Counted from the stretch's first letter, positions 9,160 to 19,512 are shown. The stretch: 64,000 nt of DNA from Parcubacteria group bacterium (GCA_041664225.1 JBAYLE010000001.1:4939-68938); one strand, 5' to 3'. Numbers and translations: made by a program. Notes: generated by a model from the sequence alone, not told the origin.

Positions 9160-10562
9160 AAATCAAAGTAATCGCAAAAGATAAATTTCAACAAACAAAA
9201 GACGTTACAAGAATAGCTTTCGATCCCACCATTGAGTATGGGAGACTTATCTTTGATGGAAAAAATTCAATTTTAGAAATAAAGTCACCAGAAAAAGGGA
9301 AGATAAATCGTCGAATTTTCATTATTTTGGCCAGACAGATGATTTTTTTCGCCAAAATGAATAGGGTCAAAAAAATATGTTTAGATTGGGACGACATAAA
9401 ATCTTTAAAATTAGGGATGACAGTGGAAGATATTGGCGAAATATTGGCGACTAATTTTGAGATGGCCAATTACGAGTTTGTTAGTCATAGGACCGTTCCC
9501 AAAAAGGGCTGGAATTTTGTTGAGGAAGTCAATTTGGTAGCTGACAATAAGATATGCAGAGCGATCAATAAATGCGTTGAGCGGGGCCAGTTAATTGGGC
9601 AAGAGGTTAATGTTTGCCGCGAATGGGCGAATATGCCGGGCGGTGAAGTTACGCCGACAACACTGGCGGAAGAGATAAGGGGCGCGATAAAAAATACTGG
9701 GATAAAGATGAAAGTCTTGGAGGAGAAAGAAATGGAAAAATTAGGCATGGGTGCGATTTTGGGAGTTTCCAAGGGCTCTCTGGAAAAAGCGAAATTCATA
9801 ATACTTGAATACGGTATGGGTTTGAAAACTAAACCGTTGGTCCTGATTGGTAAAGGGATAACCTTTGATTCAGGCGGATTGAGTTTGAAACCAGCAGACA
9901 GCATGTTGGAAATGAATATGGATATGTCTGGCGCCGCTGCAGTCGTCAGCTCATTGGTTGCGGCCGCAAAATTAGGGATCAAGAAAAAAGTGGTAGTGCT
10001 TATCCCTGCGGTGGAAAATATGTTGTCTGGGAATAGTTATCGTCCGGGAGATATTCTTAAGTCTATGTCTGGCCAAACGATAGAAGTTTTAAATACTGAC
10101 GCTGAGGGCCGGATAATCCTGGCCGACGCTCTTACTTATGCGGAAAAGTATCATCCCGGGTTGGTAATCGATGTGGCTACTTTAACCGGCGCGGCTCTGA
10201 TTGCTTTGGGCGAAAGAGCCTCTGCAATATTCACTAAAAATGAACAACTCAGTAAAAATATGATAGATCTTGGAGAAAAGAGCGGTGATTACGTCTGGCC
10301 GTTTCCGATGTGGGACGAATACGAGGCGGAAATCAAAGGAACTACTGGAGATATAGCTAATCTTAAAAATCAAGGCAATAGCCGTTATGGTGGAGCGATA
10401 ATTGGAGCGATGTTTCTCTATCAGTTTGCTAAAAAATTTCCTAAGTGGGCGCATATTGATATGGCTCCGAGACAAACCGCGGTCTTCGACGAGTTCCTCT
10501 CTAAGGGCGCTGCAGGCGCTCCTGTCAGGCTGCTGATTAAGTTAATAGAAAGTTTCAAATAA
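9156..10562 (+). CDS. pepA: Leucyl aminopeptidase (M17)
   Basis: NTDAEGRIILADAL signature, MDMSGAAAV, and DxK/D/E metal ligands. ATG at 9156 (MKIKVIAKDK) is preferred over the GTG at 9120. Confidence 0.8.
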   Translation: MKIKVIAKDKFQQTKDVTRIAFDPTIEYGRLIFDGKNSILEIKSPEKGKINRRIFIILARQMIFFAKMNRVKKICLDWDDIKSLKLGMTVEDIGEILATNFEMANYEFVSHRTVPKKGWNFVEEVNLVADNKICRAINKCVERGQLIGQEVNVCREWANMPGGEVTPTTLAEEIRGAIKNTGIKMKVLEEKEMEKLGMGAILGVSKGSLEKAKFIILEYGMGLKTKPLVLIGKGITFDSGGLSLKPADSMLEMNMDMSGAAAVVSSLVAAAKLGIKKKVVVLIPAVENMLSGNSYRPGDILKSMSGQTIEVLNTDAEGRIILADALTYAEKYHPGLVIDVATLTGAALIALGERASAIFTKNEQLSKNMIDLGEKSGDYVWPFPMWDEYEAEIKGTTGDIANLKNQGNSRYGGAIIGAMFLYQFAKKFPKWAHIDMAPRQTAVFDEFLSKGAAGAPVRLLIKLIESFK

Positions 10563-10564
10563 TT

Positions 10565-11833
10565 ATGAAATTCAAAAAAACTACCCTAAAAAATGGTTTG
10601 CGCATCTTGACCGTGCCAATGAAAAACACCCAGACAGTAACGGTGGTGGTTATGGTTGGCGCAGGAAGCCGATATGAGACCGAAAGGGAAGCGGGGATTT
10701 CGCATTTCATTGAGCATATGTTTTTCAAAGGAACAAAGAAAAGGCCCAGCTTGATGGCTATTTCAGAAGAACTGGATGCTGTGGGCGGTGATCATAACGC
10801 TTTTACCTCCAAAGACATGACTGCTTATTATGCTAAGGTTGATTCCCGGCATATAAATCTGGCTTTGGACATAACTTCAGACATTTATCTAAATTCATTG
10901 TTGGAAGAAAAAGAAATAAACAAAGAAAAGGGAACAATTCTGCAGGAAATAAATATGTACGAGGACTTGCCAATGCGCAGTGTCGGCGATATTTTTGAAA
11001 GAATTCTTTATAGACCGAATTCTTTGGGAAGAGATGTGCTGGGATATAAAAAAACGGTCAGCTCTTTTCACCGGCAAAACATGGAGGATTACATAAAAAA
11101 ACTATACTTAGCCAACAACACCATTGTTTGTGTAGCGGGAAATTTTGCGGATAAAAAAACAATAGCTCTGGTAAAAAAATATTTTTCCGGCATGCATAAG
11201 GGCAGAAAAGCTAGTTTTGCTAAAATAAGTGAAAATCAGAAAAAACCAAAACTGGAAATAAAATTTAAAAAGACTGATCAAACACATTTAGTTATTGGCA
11301 ACAGGGCTTATCATGAAAATCATGAAAATAGGTTCGCACTGGCGCTTATTTCTATTATTCTTGGCGGCAATGCTAGCAGTCGAATTTTTCTTGAGATCAG
11401 AGAAAAGAGAGGGTTAGCTTATCGTGTTTCAACAGGAGTCGAGGCTTATGAGGATTGCGGATATGTAGCAACGCAGGCGGGAGTGGATCATGGAAAACTC
11501 GAGGAGGCGGTTAAAGTAATTCTCGAAGAATATAAAAAAATTGCCACCAAAAAAGTTAGCATCAAGGAGCTGCAAAAAGCTAAGGACTTTATCAAGGGCA
11601 AAAGTGTTATGGGCCTGGAGGCTTCTGACGAGGTCGCTATGTTTTTTGTCGGTCAGGCTGCAAAAAACAAAAAAATTATGACGCCCAACGAAATTTTTGC
11701 TGAAATTGACAAAGTGACAGTTTCGGACATACTGAGAGTAGCTAAGGATATTTTCAAAGAAAAAACATTGAATCTGGCAGTGGTTGGACCGCATAAAAAC
11801 GGCAAAAAATTGGAAAAAATTCTAAAATTATGA
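10565..11833 (+). CDS. M16 family zinc peptidase (insulinase-like)
   Basis: Inverted zincin motif HFIEHMFFKGT (HxxEH) and a downstream E ligand. Confidence 0.75.
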   Translation: MKFKKTTLKNGLRILTVPMKNTQTVTVVVMVGAGSRYETEREAGISHFIEHMFFKGTKKRPSLMAISEELDAVGGDHNAFTSKDMTAYYAKVDSRHINLALDITSDIYLNSLLEEKEINKEKGTILQEINMYEDLPMRSVGDIFERILYRPNSLGRDVLGYKKTVSSFHRQNMEDYIKKLYLANNTIVCVAGNFADKKTIALVKKYFSGMHKGRKASFAKISENQKKPKLEIKFKKTDQTHLVIGNRAYHENHENRFALALISIILGGNASSRIFLEIREKRGLAYRVSTGVEAYEDCGYVATQAGVDHGKLEEAVKVILEEYKKIATKKVSIKELQKAKDFIKGKSVMGLEASDEVAMFFVGQAAKNKKIMTPNEIFAEIDKVTVSDILRVAKDIFKEKTLNLAVVGPHKNGKKLEKILKL

Positions 11834-12852
11834 GTAAGCAAGCAATTGATATTTCCACTGGCATTGTTTTCAGAACCGTTCTAATCTTGATCGGATTGTG
11901 GTTTTTGTATTTCATTCGTGATATAGTCGCGCTGCTTTTTATTTCTATAATTATGGTAGCTGCCATGGATCCGGTTATCTATCGTTTGCATCGCAGGAAG
12001 ATACCAAGATCAGTCGGAGTTTTTATTGTTTATTTTTGTCTCTTTGCATTAATGGGATTGGTTGGCTCGTTTTTGATTCCTTCGCTGGTTTCGCAAGTCA
12101 AGGAATTCACGCAAAAATTGCCGGAAATTATTTTAAGTCTCGAAAACTCATTCCAAGGCATTAACACTTTTTTTCAGGCTCAGCATATTGCTGTTAGCAC
12201 GCAGAGCTTGCTGGTGGATATGGGTAGATGGTTGGCTGGATCTTCGGGCGATGTCTTTTCAGCAACAGTGGGAATATTTTCCGGATTTGTTGCGGCGACC
12301 ATAGTCTTGGTGATGACTTTTTATATGGCAGTCAAAGAAGATGGCATAAAAAATTTCATTGTTTCCATCACGCCCGAAAAGCACAAAAATTACGCCGGCT
12401 CTTTAGTCTTGCGTATTCAGCGGAAAATCAGCCGTTGGGTTCTCGGACAACTTTCATTGATGCTTATTGTTTTCGCCATGGACTTTATCGGACTTTTGAT
12501 TTTGGGCATTCCTTATGCTCTTATCTTGGCGGTATTTGCCGGAATTATGGAAATTATTCCCTATGTTGGCCCGATTGTTTCAGTAATTCCCGCAGTAATT
12601 GTCGGCCTTACTGTTTCTCCTTTTTCGGGGTTGATGGTTTTGATACTTTTTGTTTTGGTCCAGCAATTTGAAGGACATATTATTATTCCGCAGGTTATGA
12701 AAAAAGCGGTTGGACTCCATCCAATCGCGGTGATCCTGGCTCTCCTAATCGGCTTGAAGCTTGGTGGAGTGCTCGGTGCGCTTTTGTCGATTCCAATCGC
12801 AACAGCCATCAGTGTCTTTGTTGGTGATATTTTTGAGAAGTCTGAGGCCTAG
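11830..12852 (+). CDS. AI-2E family transporter (UPF0118/PerM-like)
   Basis: Eight predicted TM helices. The N-terminal IRDIVALLFISIIMVAAMDPVIYRL pattern is typical of AI-2E. Confidence 0.7.
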   Translation: MSKQAIDISTGIVFRTVLILIGLWFLYFIRDIVALLFISIIMVAAMDPVIYRLHRRKIPRSVGVFIVYFCLFALMGLVGSFLIPSLVSQVKEFTQKLPEIILSLENSFQGINTFFQAQHIAVSTQSLLVDMGRWLAGSSGDVFSATVGIFSGFVAATIVLVMTFYMAVKEDGIKNFIVSITPEKHKNYAGSLVLRIQRKISRWVLGQLSLMLIVFAMDFIGLLILGIPYALILAVFAGIMEIIPYVGPIVSVIPAVIVGLTVSPFSGLMVLILFVLVQQFEGHIIIPQVMKKAVGLHPIAVILALLIGLKLGGVLGALLSIPIATAISVFVGDIFEKSEA

Positions 12853-12965
12853 TTTTTTTCGGATGCAAAAAACCCTTCTTTGCAGAACGGTTTTTTTATT
12901 GTCGAACGAAGCGAGAGAAATGAGCGTCCCTGACGGACATTTCAGAGCGAGTGATGACAACTGAT

Positions 12966-13436
12966 CTATTTTATAAAAAGTATAATTATTGCAATGAGAG
13001 AAATAATAATATCATTGGCGGCGTTGCGGAGGTTCCAGGCGCGTTCTGGTGCGTTGCGTGGATATTTATGGCACCACGAATGGAATGCGTAATATTTTTC
13101 CAAAAACGCAAAGCGATATTTCCAATAGATGAAAGTTATAAAATCCGGAAGGATAGAAAAAAAGACTCCGAGGAAAATATCTTTCATGACAAATGAGTTT
13201 GGCTTTCTGATTGCAAGATAAATAAGAATGACAATGATGCCGATGAAGAAATCCAAGGCGACTTTGTGCCAAGTATTTTTGAAAGCGACCTTGCTGTCAA
13301 AGCTTTCCACATATTCACCGTGGCGGAAAGTGTCCAAAACAAAATGCATGGCCAGGGAAAAGATGATTATGAGCCAAGGACTATGAATTTTTGCGCCGAT
13401 GGCGGCTCCAACAAGTTCGTGGGTTGCTAATATCAT
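12966..13436 (-). CDS. Membrane protein, possibly a membrane-bound metal-dependent hydrolase (DUF457/YdjM-like)
   Basis: N-terminal THELVGAAIG...HFVLD motif. Multiple His-bearing TM helices. Confidence 0.4.
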   Translation of the reverse strand: MILATHELVGAAIGAKIHSPWLIIIFSLAMHFVLDTFRHGEYVESFDSKVAFKNTWHKVALDFFIGIIVILIYLAIRKPNSFVMKDIFLGVFFSILPDFITFIYWKYRFAFLEKYYAFHSWCHKYPRNAPERAWNLRNAANDIIISLIAIIILFIK

Positions 13437-13479
13437 GCCAATATTTGAAAAAATATCCTATTTAAGCTAAGATTAATTC

Positions 13480-14151
13480 ATGGATATAGGTATATTATAC
13501 ATTGTAGCAACACCGATTGGCAATTTAGGCGATATCACTTTGCGGGCGGTAGAGACTCTTAAAAAGGTTGATTTGGTGGCGTGTGAGGACACGCGGGTGA
13601 CCAAAAAGCTCCTTGATCGTTATGAGATCAAAACCCGAGTTACGAGCTTTTTCCAGCACTCCAAAACGCCTAAAATAGCCAGTATTATTGGGGCTTTAAA
13701 AAGCGGGCAGAATGTGGCGCTGGTGACGGATGCCGGCACGCCGGGCATTTCCGACCCCGGGAACAAGTTAGTGGAGGCGGTAATTTTCAAAAATATTGCC
13801 GTGATTCCAATTCCGGGTGTTTCGGCGCTCACTGCGCTGATAAGTGTGGCCGGAATCGATATGCAAAAATTTGTCTTTCTTGGTTTTCCTCCGCACAAAA
13901 AAGGCCGGGAGACTTTTTTTAAAGAAGTTACATCTCTGAAATATCCGGTTGTCTATTATGAATCTCCGCACCGCGTGCTTAAAAATTTGGAACTTTTTAA
14001 AAGCCTCGGAGGCGACAAAAATATAATCCTCGGCCGGGAACTCACTAAAATGTTTGAAGAAACTGTGCGAGGTAATGTGGACGAGATTTTAAAATATTTT
14101 CAAGAAAATCCGGGTAAGGTTAAGGGTGAATTTACAATAATTGTCTATTGA
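13480..14151 (+). CDS. rsmI: 16S rRNA (cytidine1402-2'-O)-methyltransferase
   Basis: YIVATPIGNLGDITLRAVETLKKVDLVACEDTRVTKKLL is the tetrapyrrole-methylase fold typical of RsmI. Confidence 0.85.
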   Translation: MDIGILYIVATPIGNLGDITLRAVETLKKVDLVACEDTRVTKKLLDRYEIKTRVTSFFQHSKTPKIASIIGALKSGQNVALVTDAGTPGISDPGNKLVEAVIFKNIAVIPIPGVSALTALISVAGIDMQKFVFLGFPPHKKGRETFFKEVTSLKYPVVYYESPHRVLKNLELFKSLGGDKNIILGRELTKMFEETVRGNVDEILKYFQENPGKVKGEFTIIVY

Positions 14152-14152
14152 T

Positions 14153-14584
14153 ATGAAAAAAGAATTTGAAAAGTTTGTGATTAGCTTAGCAGCTATTATT
14201 ATCAGAAATAATAAATGTTTAATTTTAGAATATGCAAAATACTCAAAAATGTGGGGTCTGCCAGGAGGAAGAATTGATAAGGGAGAATTTGTAGCCGGAG
14301 AGTCTTTGAGGAGGGAATTAGAAGAAGAGCTTGGACTTTCTAATTTTAAAAATTTAGGCGTAGTTGATTATGATATTTCTTGGAATTCTGAAGATCATGC
14401 AAAATGCAATATAATTTTACTCATTGAAAATGATTCTGATGAAATTAAAATTAGTCCAGAGCATATTCAACTAAAATGGATTGGTGAAGATGAAATCAAC
14501 AACTATCAATTTCGGTGGGATAATATGGAAAGGGTTATAAAAAATGGTTTTAAATATCATAAATTATTAAATAATGAAAAATAA
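14153..14584 (+). CDS. Nudix hydrolase
   Basis: Nudix box GLPGGRIDKGEFVAGESLRRELEEELGL. The ORF-finder start at 14141 is TTG, whereas the ATG at 14153 sits 1 nt after the rsmI stop. The 3' end overlaps the metG start. Confidence 0.75.
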   Translation: MKKEFEKFVISLAAIIIRNNKCLILEYAKYSKMWGLPGGRIDKGEFVAGESLRRELEEELGLSNFKNLGVVDYDISWNSEDHAKCNIILLIENDSDEIKISPEHIQLKWIGEDEINNYQFRWDNMERVIKNGFKYHKLLNNEK

Positions 14585-16022
14585 ATTTTATATCACAACT
14601 GCCATAGATTATGTAAATGCCAAACCGCACGTGGGTCATGCCGTGGAAAAAATTCAAGCGGACGTCATTGCTCGCTGGCAAAGGAAAAAGTTAGGCAAGG
14701 ACAATGTTTATTTTTTGACCGGATCTGATGATAACAGCCTCAAAAATGTGCAAAGCGCAAAAAAGGCCGGCAAGTCAACCGAAGATTTTATTGCGGAAAA
14801 TGCAAGCAGTTTCCAAGCGCTGAAAGGATTGCTTAATTTATCATACGACCAATTTATCAGAACCGTAGAAAAGCGTCATTTTGATGGTGCTCAAAAATTT
14901 TGGTCTTCCTTTAAAAAAGAAGATATATACAAAAAGAACTACAAGGGTCTCTATTGTGTCGGATGCGAAGAGTTTAAGATGGAAAAAGATTTAGTGGATG
15001 GAAAGTGTCCTGATCATCTTACTGCGCCGGATGTTGTGGAGGAAGAAAATTATTTTTTCAAGCTATCAAATTACCAAAAACAACTCGAAGAACTTATTGA
15101 GAAAGATGTTGTCCTGGTTGTTCCGAATTACCGAAAAATGGAAGTCCTGAGTTTTATACGGCAAGGATTGGAAGATTTTTCAATTTCACGTTCGCAAGAA
15201 CGGGCTTGCAACTGGGGCGTTCCAGTGCCGGGTGATTCCTCTCAAATAATGTATGTTTGGGTGGACGCGCTGTCAAATTATATAACCGCTCTTGATTATG
15301 ACTCTGGCGGGGAATTATATAAGCAATATTGGGCGAATGAGGGAGAACGCGCGCATGTAATCGGCAAGGGAATCTTGCGTTTTCATGCGATTTTTTGGCC
15401 AGCCATGCTTCTTTCTGCCGGCATTCCGCTGCCAAAGAAAATTTTGTGCCATGAATACCTGACCATCAATAATCAAAAGATTTCAAAGACACTTGGTAAC
15501 ATCATTAATCCGGAGGATGTTGTAGAAAAATTTGGTACCGATGGTGCTCGTTATGTTTTGCTCTCGGCTCTTCCATACAAGAATGATGGGGATATTTCTT
15601 GGGAAAAAATGACAGAAAAATACAACGCTGATCTAGCCAATGGACTTGGGAACTTAGTAAGTAGAGTAGTTAAATTGGCGGAAAAAATAAATATTGAATT
15701 TACAAAAACTGAATTGGCACAGGCTCTTTTGGACAATGAAGAACAGGCGATACAAAAATTTCTTGAAGATTTTGATATTGAAAGAGCGTTGGTAATGATT
15801 TCCGCTCGGGTTCATGCGGCTAATAAATTCATTGAAGACAATAAGCCCTGGGAATTGGCGAAAACTAATGAAACCAAGTTCAATGTAGTGATGAAAAAAC
15901 TTACCGTTGATTTGTATGCAATTTCCGATTTGCTCGAACCTTTTATGCCTGAAACTTCGGAGAAAATAAAAAAAGCGCTGGAAACCAAAAAAGTTGAGCC
16001 GTTGTTTCAAAGAATAAAATAA
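14574..16022 (+). CDS. metG: Methionyl-tRNA synthetase (short form)
   Basis: HIGH-like PHVGHA, Zn knuckle CVGCEEF...CPDH, and KMSKS-like KISKTLGN. Confidence 0.85.
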   Translation: MKNKFYITTAIDYVNAKPHVGHAVEKIQADVIARWQRKKLGKDNVYFLTGSDDNSLKNVQSAKKAGKSTEDFIAENASSFQALKGLLNLSYDQFIRTVEKRHFDGAQKFWSSFKKEDIYKKNYKGLYCVGCEEFKMEKDLVDGKCPDHLTAPDVVEEENYFFKLSNYQKQLEELIEKDVVLVVPNYRKMEVLSFIRQGLEDFSISRSQERACNWGVPVPGDSSQIMYVWVDALSNYITALDYDSGGELYKQYWANEGERAHVIGKGILRFHAIFWPAMLLSAGIPLPKKILCHEYLTINNQKISKTLGNIINPEDVVEKFGTDGARYVLLSALPYKNDGDISWEKMTEKYNADLANGLGNLVSRVVKLAEKINIEFTKTELAQALLDNEEQAIQKFLEDFDIERALVMISARVHAANKFIEDNKPWELAKTNETKFNVVMKKLTVDLYAISDLLEPFMPETSEKIKKALETKKVEPLFQRIK

Positions 16023-16867
16023 TGCTATTTGATACCCACGCCCATGTAAATTTTGCCGCGTATAGGGATGACGCGGAGGAAGTGTTGAAACGAACTCTCG
16101 AAGGGGGCGTTTTTGTCGTGAATGTCGGGTCGCAATATTCAACGAGCAAACGCGCAGTAGAAATGGCGGAGAAATATCCCGAAGGAATTTATGCGGCAGT
16201 CGGTTTGCATCCAATTCATCTGGTTAAGCGAAAAATTAATCCGGATGATTCTGAATTAAATGAAAATGATTTTGAAACCACGGGTGAAGTTTTTGATTTT
16301 GAAAAATATTTGGAGCTCGCGAAAAATCCAAAAGTAGTGGCGATTGGCGAAATGGGCTTAGATTACCATCATTTCATGGAGGGCGACAATAAAGATGAAT
16401 TAAAAACCAAACAGAAGGAAACTTTTTTGCAGGGCATAAAACTGGCCAATGAAACTGAAAAACCAATTATGGTCCATTGTTGGGGAAACAGTTCCGAAGG
16501 AGATGCCTATGGCGACCTTCTGGAAATTCTCAAAAATAATCCCGTTGAAAAAAAGGGAATAATCCATAGTTTTATGGGCGGATATAAAACCGCGCGTAAA
16601 TTTACGGAACTGGGTTATAAAATCGGGCTTAATGGCATAGTAACATACGCTGAAGATTTTAATCGTTTGATTCGAGAAGTAGATTTGAAAGACATAGTAT
16701 TGGAAACGGATTGTCCATATTTGACTCCAGTGCCGCATAAAGGAGAAAGGAATGAACCGTTATATGTGAAATTGGTAGCTGAAAAAGTGGCTAAAATAAA
16801 GGAAATTTCGGTTGAAGAAGTGGGGGAAATTACTACAGGAAATGCAAGGGGAGCATTCGGCATCTGA
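16022..16867 (+). CDS. tatD: TatD family hydrolase
   Basis: MLFDTHAHVNF N-terminus, with His/Glu/Asp metal ligands conserved. Confidence 0.8.
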   Translation: MLFDTHAHVNFAAYRDDAEEVLKRTLEGGVFVVNVGSQYSTSKRAVEMAEKYPEGIYAAVGLHPIHLVKRKINPDDSELNENDFETTGEVFDFEKYLELAKNPKVVAIGEMGLDYHHFMEGDNKDELKTKQKETFLQGIKLANETEKPIMVHCWGNSSEGDAYGDLLEILKNNPVEKKGIIHSFMGGYKTARKFTELGYKIGLNGIVTYAEDFNRLIREVDLKDIVLETDCPYLTPVPHKGERNEPLYVKLVAEKVAKIKEISVEEVGEITTGNARGAFGI

Positions 16868-16968
16868 TAATTTTTGATAATCTTGACTTTTTTCGGTTTT
16901 CGAGAGAGAATAAATAGCGAGGATGTGAGCCCAATATTATTGAAAAAGGCTTGCAACTCGTGTTTTTT

Positions 16969-17190
16969 ATGGTTAATAAGGACCAAAATGAAAAGCCCTG
17001 GAGCGCTCTCGGATTCGCCTGGCAACTGGGATATTCGATAGTTATTCCAATTGTTGTTTTCGCGCTGATCGGAAGACTGCTCGACAAAAAACTGGATACC
17101 TCGCCATGGCTTCTGCTTTTGGGAATTCTGATTTCGATTATTGTGACGACGGTGTTAGTGTATCAAAAGACGATAAAAATAATGAAATAG
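16969..17190 (+). CDS. atpZ: ATP synthase protein I / AtpZ-like small membrane protein
   Basis: Two-TM-helix protein immediately upstream of atpB. ATG at 16969 (the ORF-finder start at 16951 is TTG). Confidence 0.55.
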   Translation: MVNKDQNEKPWSALGFAWQLGYSIVIPIVVFALIGRLLDKKLDTSPWLLLLGILISIIVTTVLVYQKTIKIMK

Positions 17191-17200
17191 TTTGTAATTT

Positions 17201-17953
17201 ATGGAAATTTCGCTTGCTGCTGAACCACTATTCCATATCGGGAATATGCCAATTACCAACACACTGGTAATGACTTTGCTTTTGAGTATTTTGATTATTA
17301 TTACTTCTTTAATTCTCAAGAATAAAATCAAGCTCGTGCCTAAAGGCTTTCAGAACATCGTCGAATCAGTTCTGGAAGCTCTTTTAAATTTGGTGGACAG
17401 CGTGACGCAGGACAGAAAGCAGAGCAATAAATTTTTTCCGTTGGTGGCGACTATTTTTATTTTTGTCATTCTTTCAAACTGGATCGAGCTTATCCCAGGG
17501 TTGGGGACGATCGGACTTCACGAAGTGGTGCACGGCAAGACTGTTCTGGTTCCGTTTCTCCGCAGTGTTTCAGCGGATTTGAATTTTACTTTGGCGCTGG
17601 CGCTTATTTCATTTTTTTCTATCCAATTTTTCGGGATCGCGGCCATTGGCGCGGTCAAATATGCTGGCAAGTTTTTTGTGAGCCCGCTCCACAAGCCCTA
17701 TTTCATCGGGACCTTCGTGGGCGCGCTTGAATTAATCGGCGAAACTGCTAAAATAATATCGTTCTCCTTCCGTTTATTCGGGAATATTTTCGCGGGAGAG
17801 GTGCTGCTGATCGTGATGTTGAATCTTGTCCCTTACATTGTGCCTCTGCCGTTTTTGTTTTTGGAACTGTTTGTCGGGTTCATCCAGGCGTTGGTATTTG
17901 CGATGTTGACGCTAGTGTTTCTCAAGATGGCAGTGACAGAGGCAGCGCACTAA
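17201..17953 (+). CDS. atpB: ATP synthase Fo subunit a
   Basis: RLFGNIFAGEVLL motif carrying the conserved Arg. Confidence 0.85.
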   Translation: MEISLAAEPLFHIGNMPITNTLVMTLLLSILIIITSLILKNKIKLVPKGFQNIVESVLEALLNLVDSVTQDRKQSNKFFPLVATIFIFVILSNWIELIPGLGTIGLHEVVHGKTVLVPFLRSVSADLNFTLALALISFFSIQFFGIAAIGAVKYAGKFFVSPLHKPYFIGTFVGALELIGETAKIISFSFRLFGNIFAGEVLLIVMLNLVPYIVPLPFLFLELFVGFIQALVFAMLTLVFLKMAVTEAAH

Positions 17954-18028
17954 GGTGATTAATTTATTTAATATATTTTTCTCCCGATGACCATGAAAAG
18001 TACGTGGGTTGGGCGAAAAGAAAAAAGT

Positions 18029-18256
18029 ATGGATGCAGAAGCAGCAAAATCAATCGGAGCGGCCATTGCTATGGGAGTCGGAGCCATTGGCCCGGGCCTA
18101 GGCATTGGCATCTTGGCTTCGAAAGCCATGGAGTCAATCGGGCGCAACCCGGAAGCAACTTCAAAAGTGCAAACCGCGATGATTCTCGCGATTGCCTTCA
18201 CCGAAGCTATCGCGATTTACGCGTTGGTCGTGGCCTTGATTATTAAGTTTGTTTAA
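18029..18256 (+). CDS. atpE: ATP synthase Fo subunit c
   Basis: GAIGPGLGIGILASKAMESIGRNPEA...AFTEAIAIYALVVAL (conserved acidic residue). ATG at 18029. Confidence 0.85.
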   Translation: MDAEAAKSIGAAIAMGVGAIGPGLGIGILASKAMESIGRNPEATSKVQTAMILAIAFTEAIAIYALVVALIIKFV

Positions 18257-18314
18257 TACTTTCTCTAAGGCTTGACTGATAAGTTGAGCTTTAGGATAAA
18301 CTATTAAAAAACAT

Positions 18315-18800
18315 ATGGAATTACTTACAAACCTAGGAATCAACGGAAAATTATTAATCGCGCAGATCATTAACTTTTTGATCTTGCTTTTTGTGCTGCA
18401 TCGTTTTGCATACAAACCTATTCTCAAGATGCTCAATGACAGGACGAATAAAATTGAAAGGGGTCTGAAAGACGCGGAAGAATCTCACAAAAAATTGGCG
18501 GAAATCGCGGAGAAAGAGAAAGAAATTCTGGTGAAAGCTCGCAAAGAAGCGCAGGAAATTCTCAAGAAAACTGAAGATATGGCCAAAAAATCCAAAGATG
18601 AAATGGCGCAGGAAGCTAAGACGCAGGCGGAAAAAATAATTTCTGACGCCAAGGCGAGCATCGAATCGGAAAAAACCAAAATGCTCCGCGAAGTTAAAGC
18701 GGAAGTAGCGGAGTTGGTGGTTATGGCGACAGAGAAAGTTATTGGTGAGAAAGTAAATTCAGCTAAGGATAAAGAATTAATTAAAGAAGCGATCAAATGA
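18315..18800 (+). CDS. atpF: ATP synthase Fo subunit b
   Basis: N-terminal TM helix followed by a long charged helix. Position in the operon fits. Confidence 0.75.
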   Translation: MELLTNLGINGKLLIAQIINFLILLFVLHRFAYKPILKMLNDRTNKIERGLKDAEESHKKLAEIAEKEKEILVKARKEAQEILKKTEDMAKKSKDEMAQEAKTQAEKIISDAKASIESEKTKMLREVKAEVAELVVMATEKVIGEKVNSAKDKELIKEAIK

Positions 18801-19198
18801 AAATAACAGCGATACAATACGCAAATACCCTGTATGAATTAACTGATGGAAAAACCAAGCAAGAGGTTGATGGTGTTGTCGCTGGTTTCTTGAAAGTCTT
18901 GCGGAAAAACAATCAGCTAAAAATGGCAGGAAAAATAATTGAAAAATTCAGTAATTTATATAATCAGAAAAATGGAATTGTGGAAGCGGAGGTTACGAGC
19001 CGGGAAGCGTTGAGCAAGGATGTAGGTAATAAATTACGTAATTATGTAAGTACCAAATACAAAGCAAAAGAAGTGGTGATAAAGAATAAAATTGATGAAG
19101 GCATAAAAGGCGGAATAATCATTAAGGTTGGAGATGAGATAGTTGATGCCAGTATTTCAGGAAAGTTAAGAAGTTTAAAAAGTTCTTTGGAAAAATAA
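18797..19198 (+). CDS. atpH: ATP synthase delta subunit (short OSCP)
   Basis: Operon position and OSCP-like N-terminal domain. Only 133 aa. Confidence 0.6.
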   Translation: MKITAIQYANTLYELTDGKTKQEVDGVVAGFLKVLRKNNQLKMAGKIIEKFSNLYNQKNGIVEAEVTSREALSKDVGNKLRNYVSTKYKAKEVVIKNKIDEGIKGGIIIKVGDEIVDASISGKLRSLKSSLEK

Positions 19199-19258
19199 AA
19201 AAGCCCGTGGTGCTCGTTGAGTATTTAAACTCATTGAGTCCGCTGACGGCTTATAAGG

Positions 19259-19471
19259 TCACGGTCTAATAAATTTTCTCAGGAATACTGCTCCATAGAC
19301 TATCCCCGTGATTCCAATTATTCCCCATATTACCTTTACATATCCGGGGCTTATATATGGGTTTACTGTCAAACTAAGGCATAGTATGCCCAAAATAATC
19401 GGGCAGAAAGAATATGCTATTCCAACTTTCCTTAGCCATTGCATAAGAGCCTCTAATGTTTTTTTCTCCAT
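19259..19471 (-). CDS. Small membrane protein (70 aa, 2 TM) antisense to the atp operon, with its own promoter and SD
   Basis: On the minus strand: TTGACA, 17 nt, TATACT, then AAGGGGG 5 nt before the ATG. K/R-rich termini with a hydrophobic core. Confidence 0.5.
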   Translation of the reverse strand: MEKKTLEALMQWLRKVGIAYSFCPIILGILCLSLTVNPYISPGYVKVIWGIIGITGIVYGAVFLRKFIRP

Positions 19472-19512
19472 TTGTCCCCCTTTTAGATTTTCGTTGAGAT
19501 CTAAGACTTTGT

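Noticed and set aside
12228-12671. Plus-strand 147-aa ORF inside the AI-2E transporter gene
   Set aside because: Alternative-frame ORF with Cys/Arg-rich composition. The overlapping frame encodes a convincing 8-TM transporter.
16883-16911. TTGACT…GAGAAT as the atp operon promoter
   Set aside because: The -10 is poor. The alternative TTGCAA-17-TAATAA would place the transcription start downstream of the atpZ ATG. The promoter is left unannotated.
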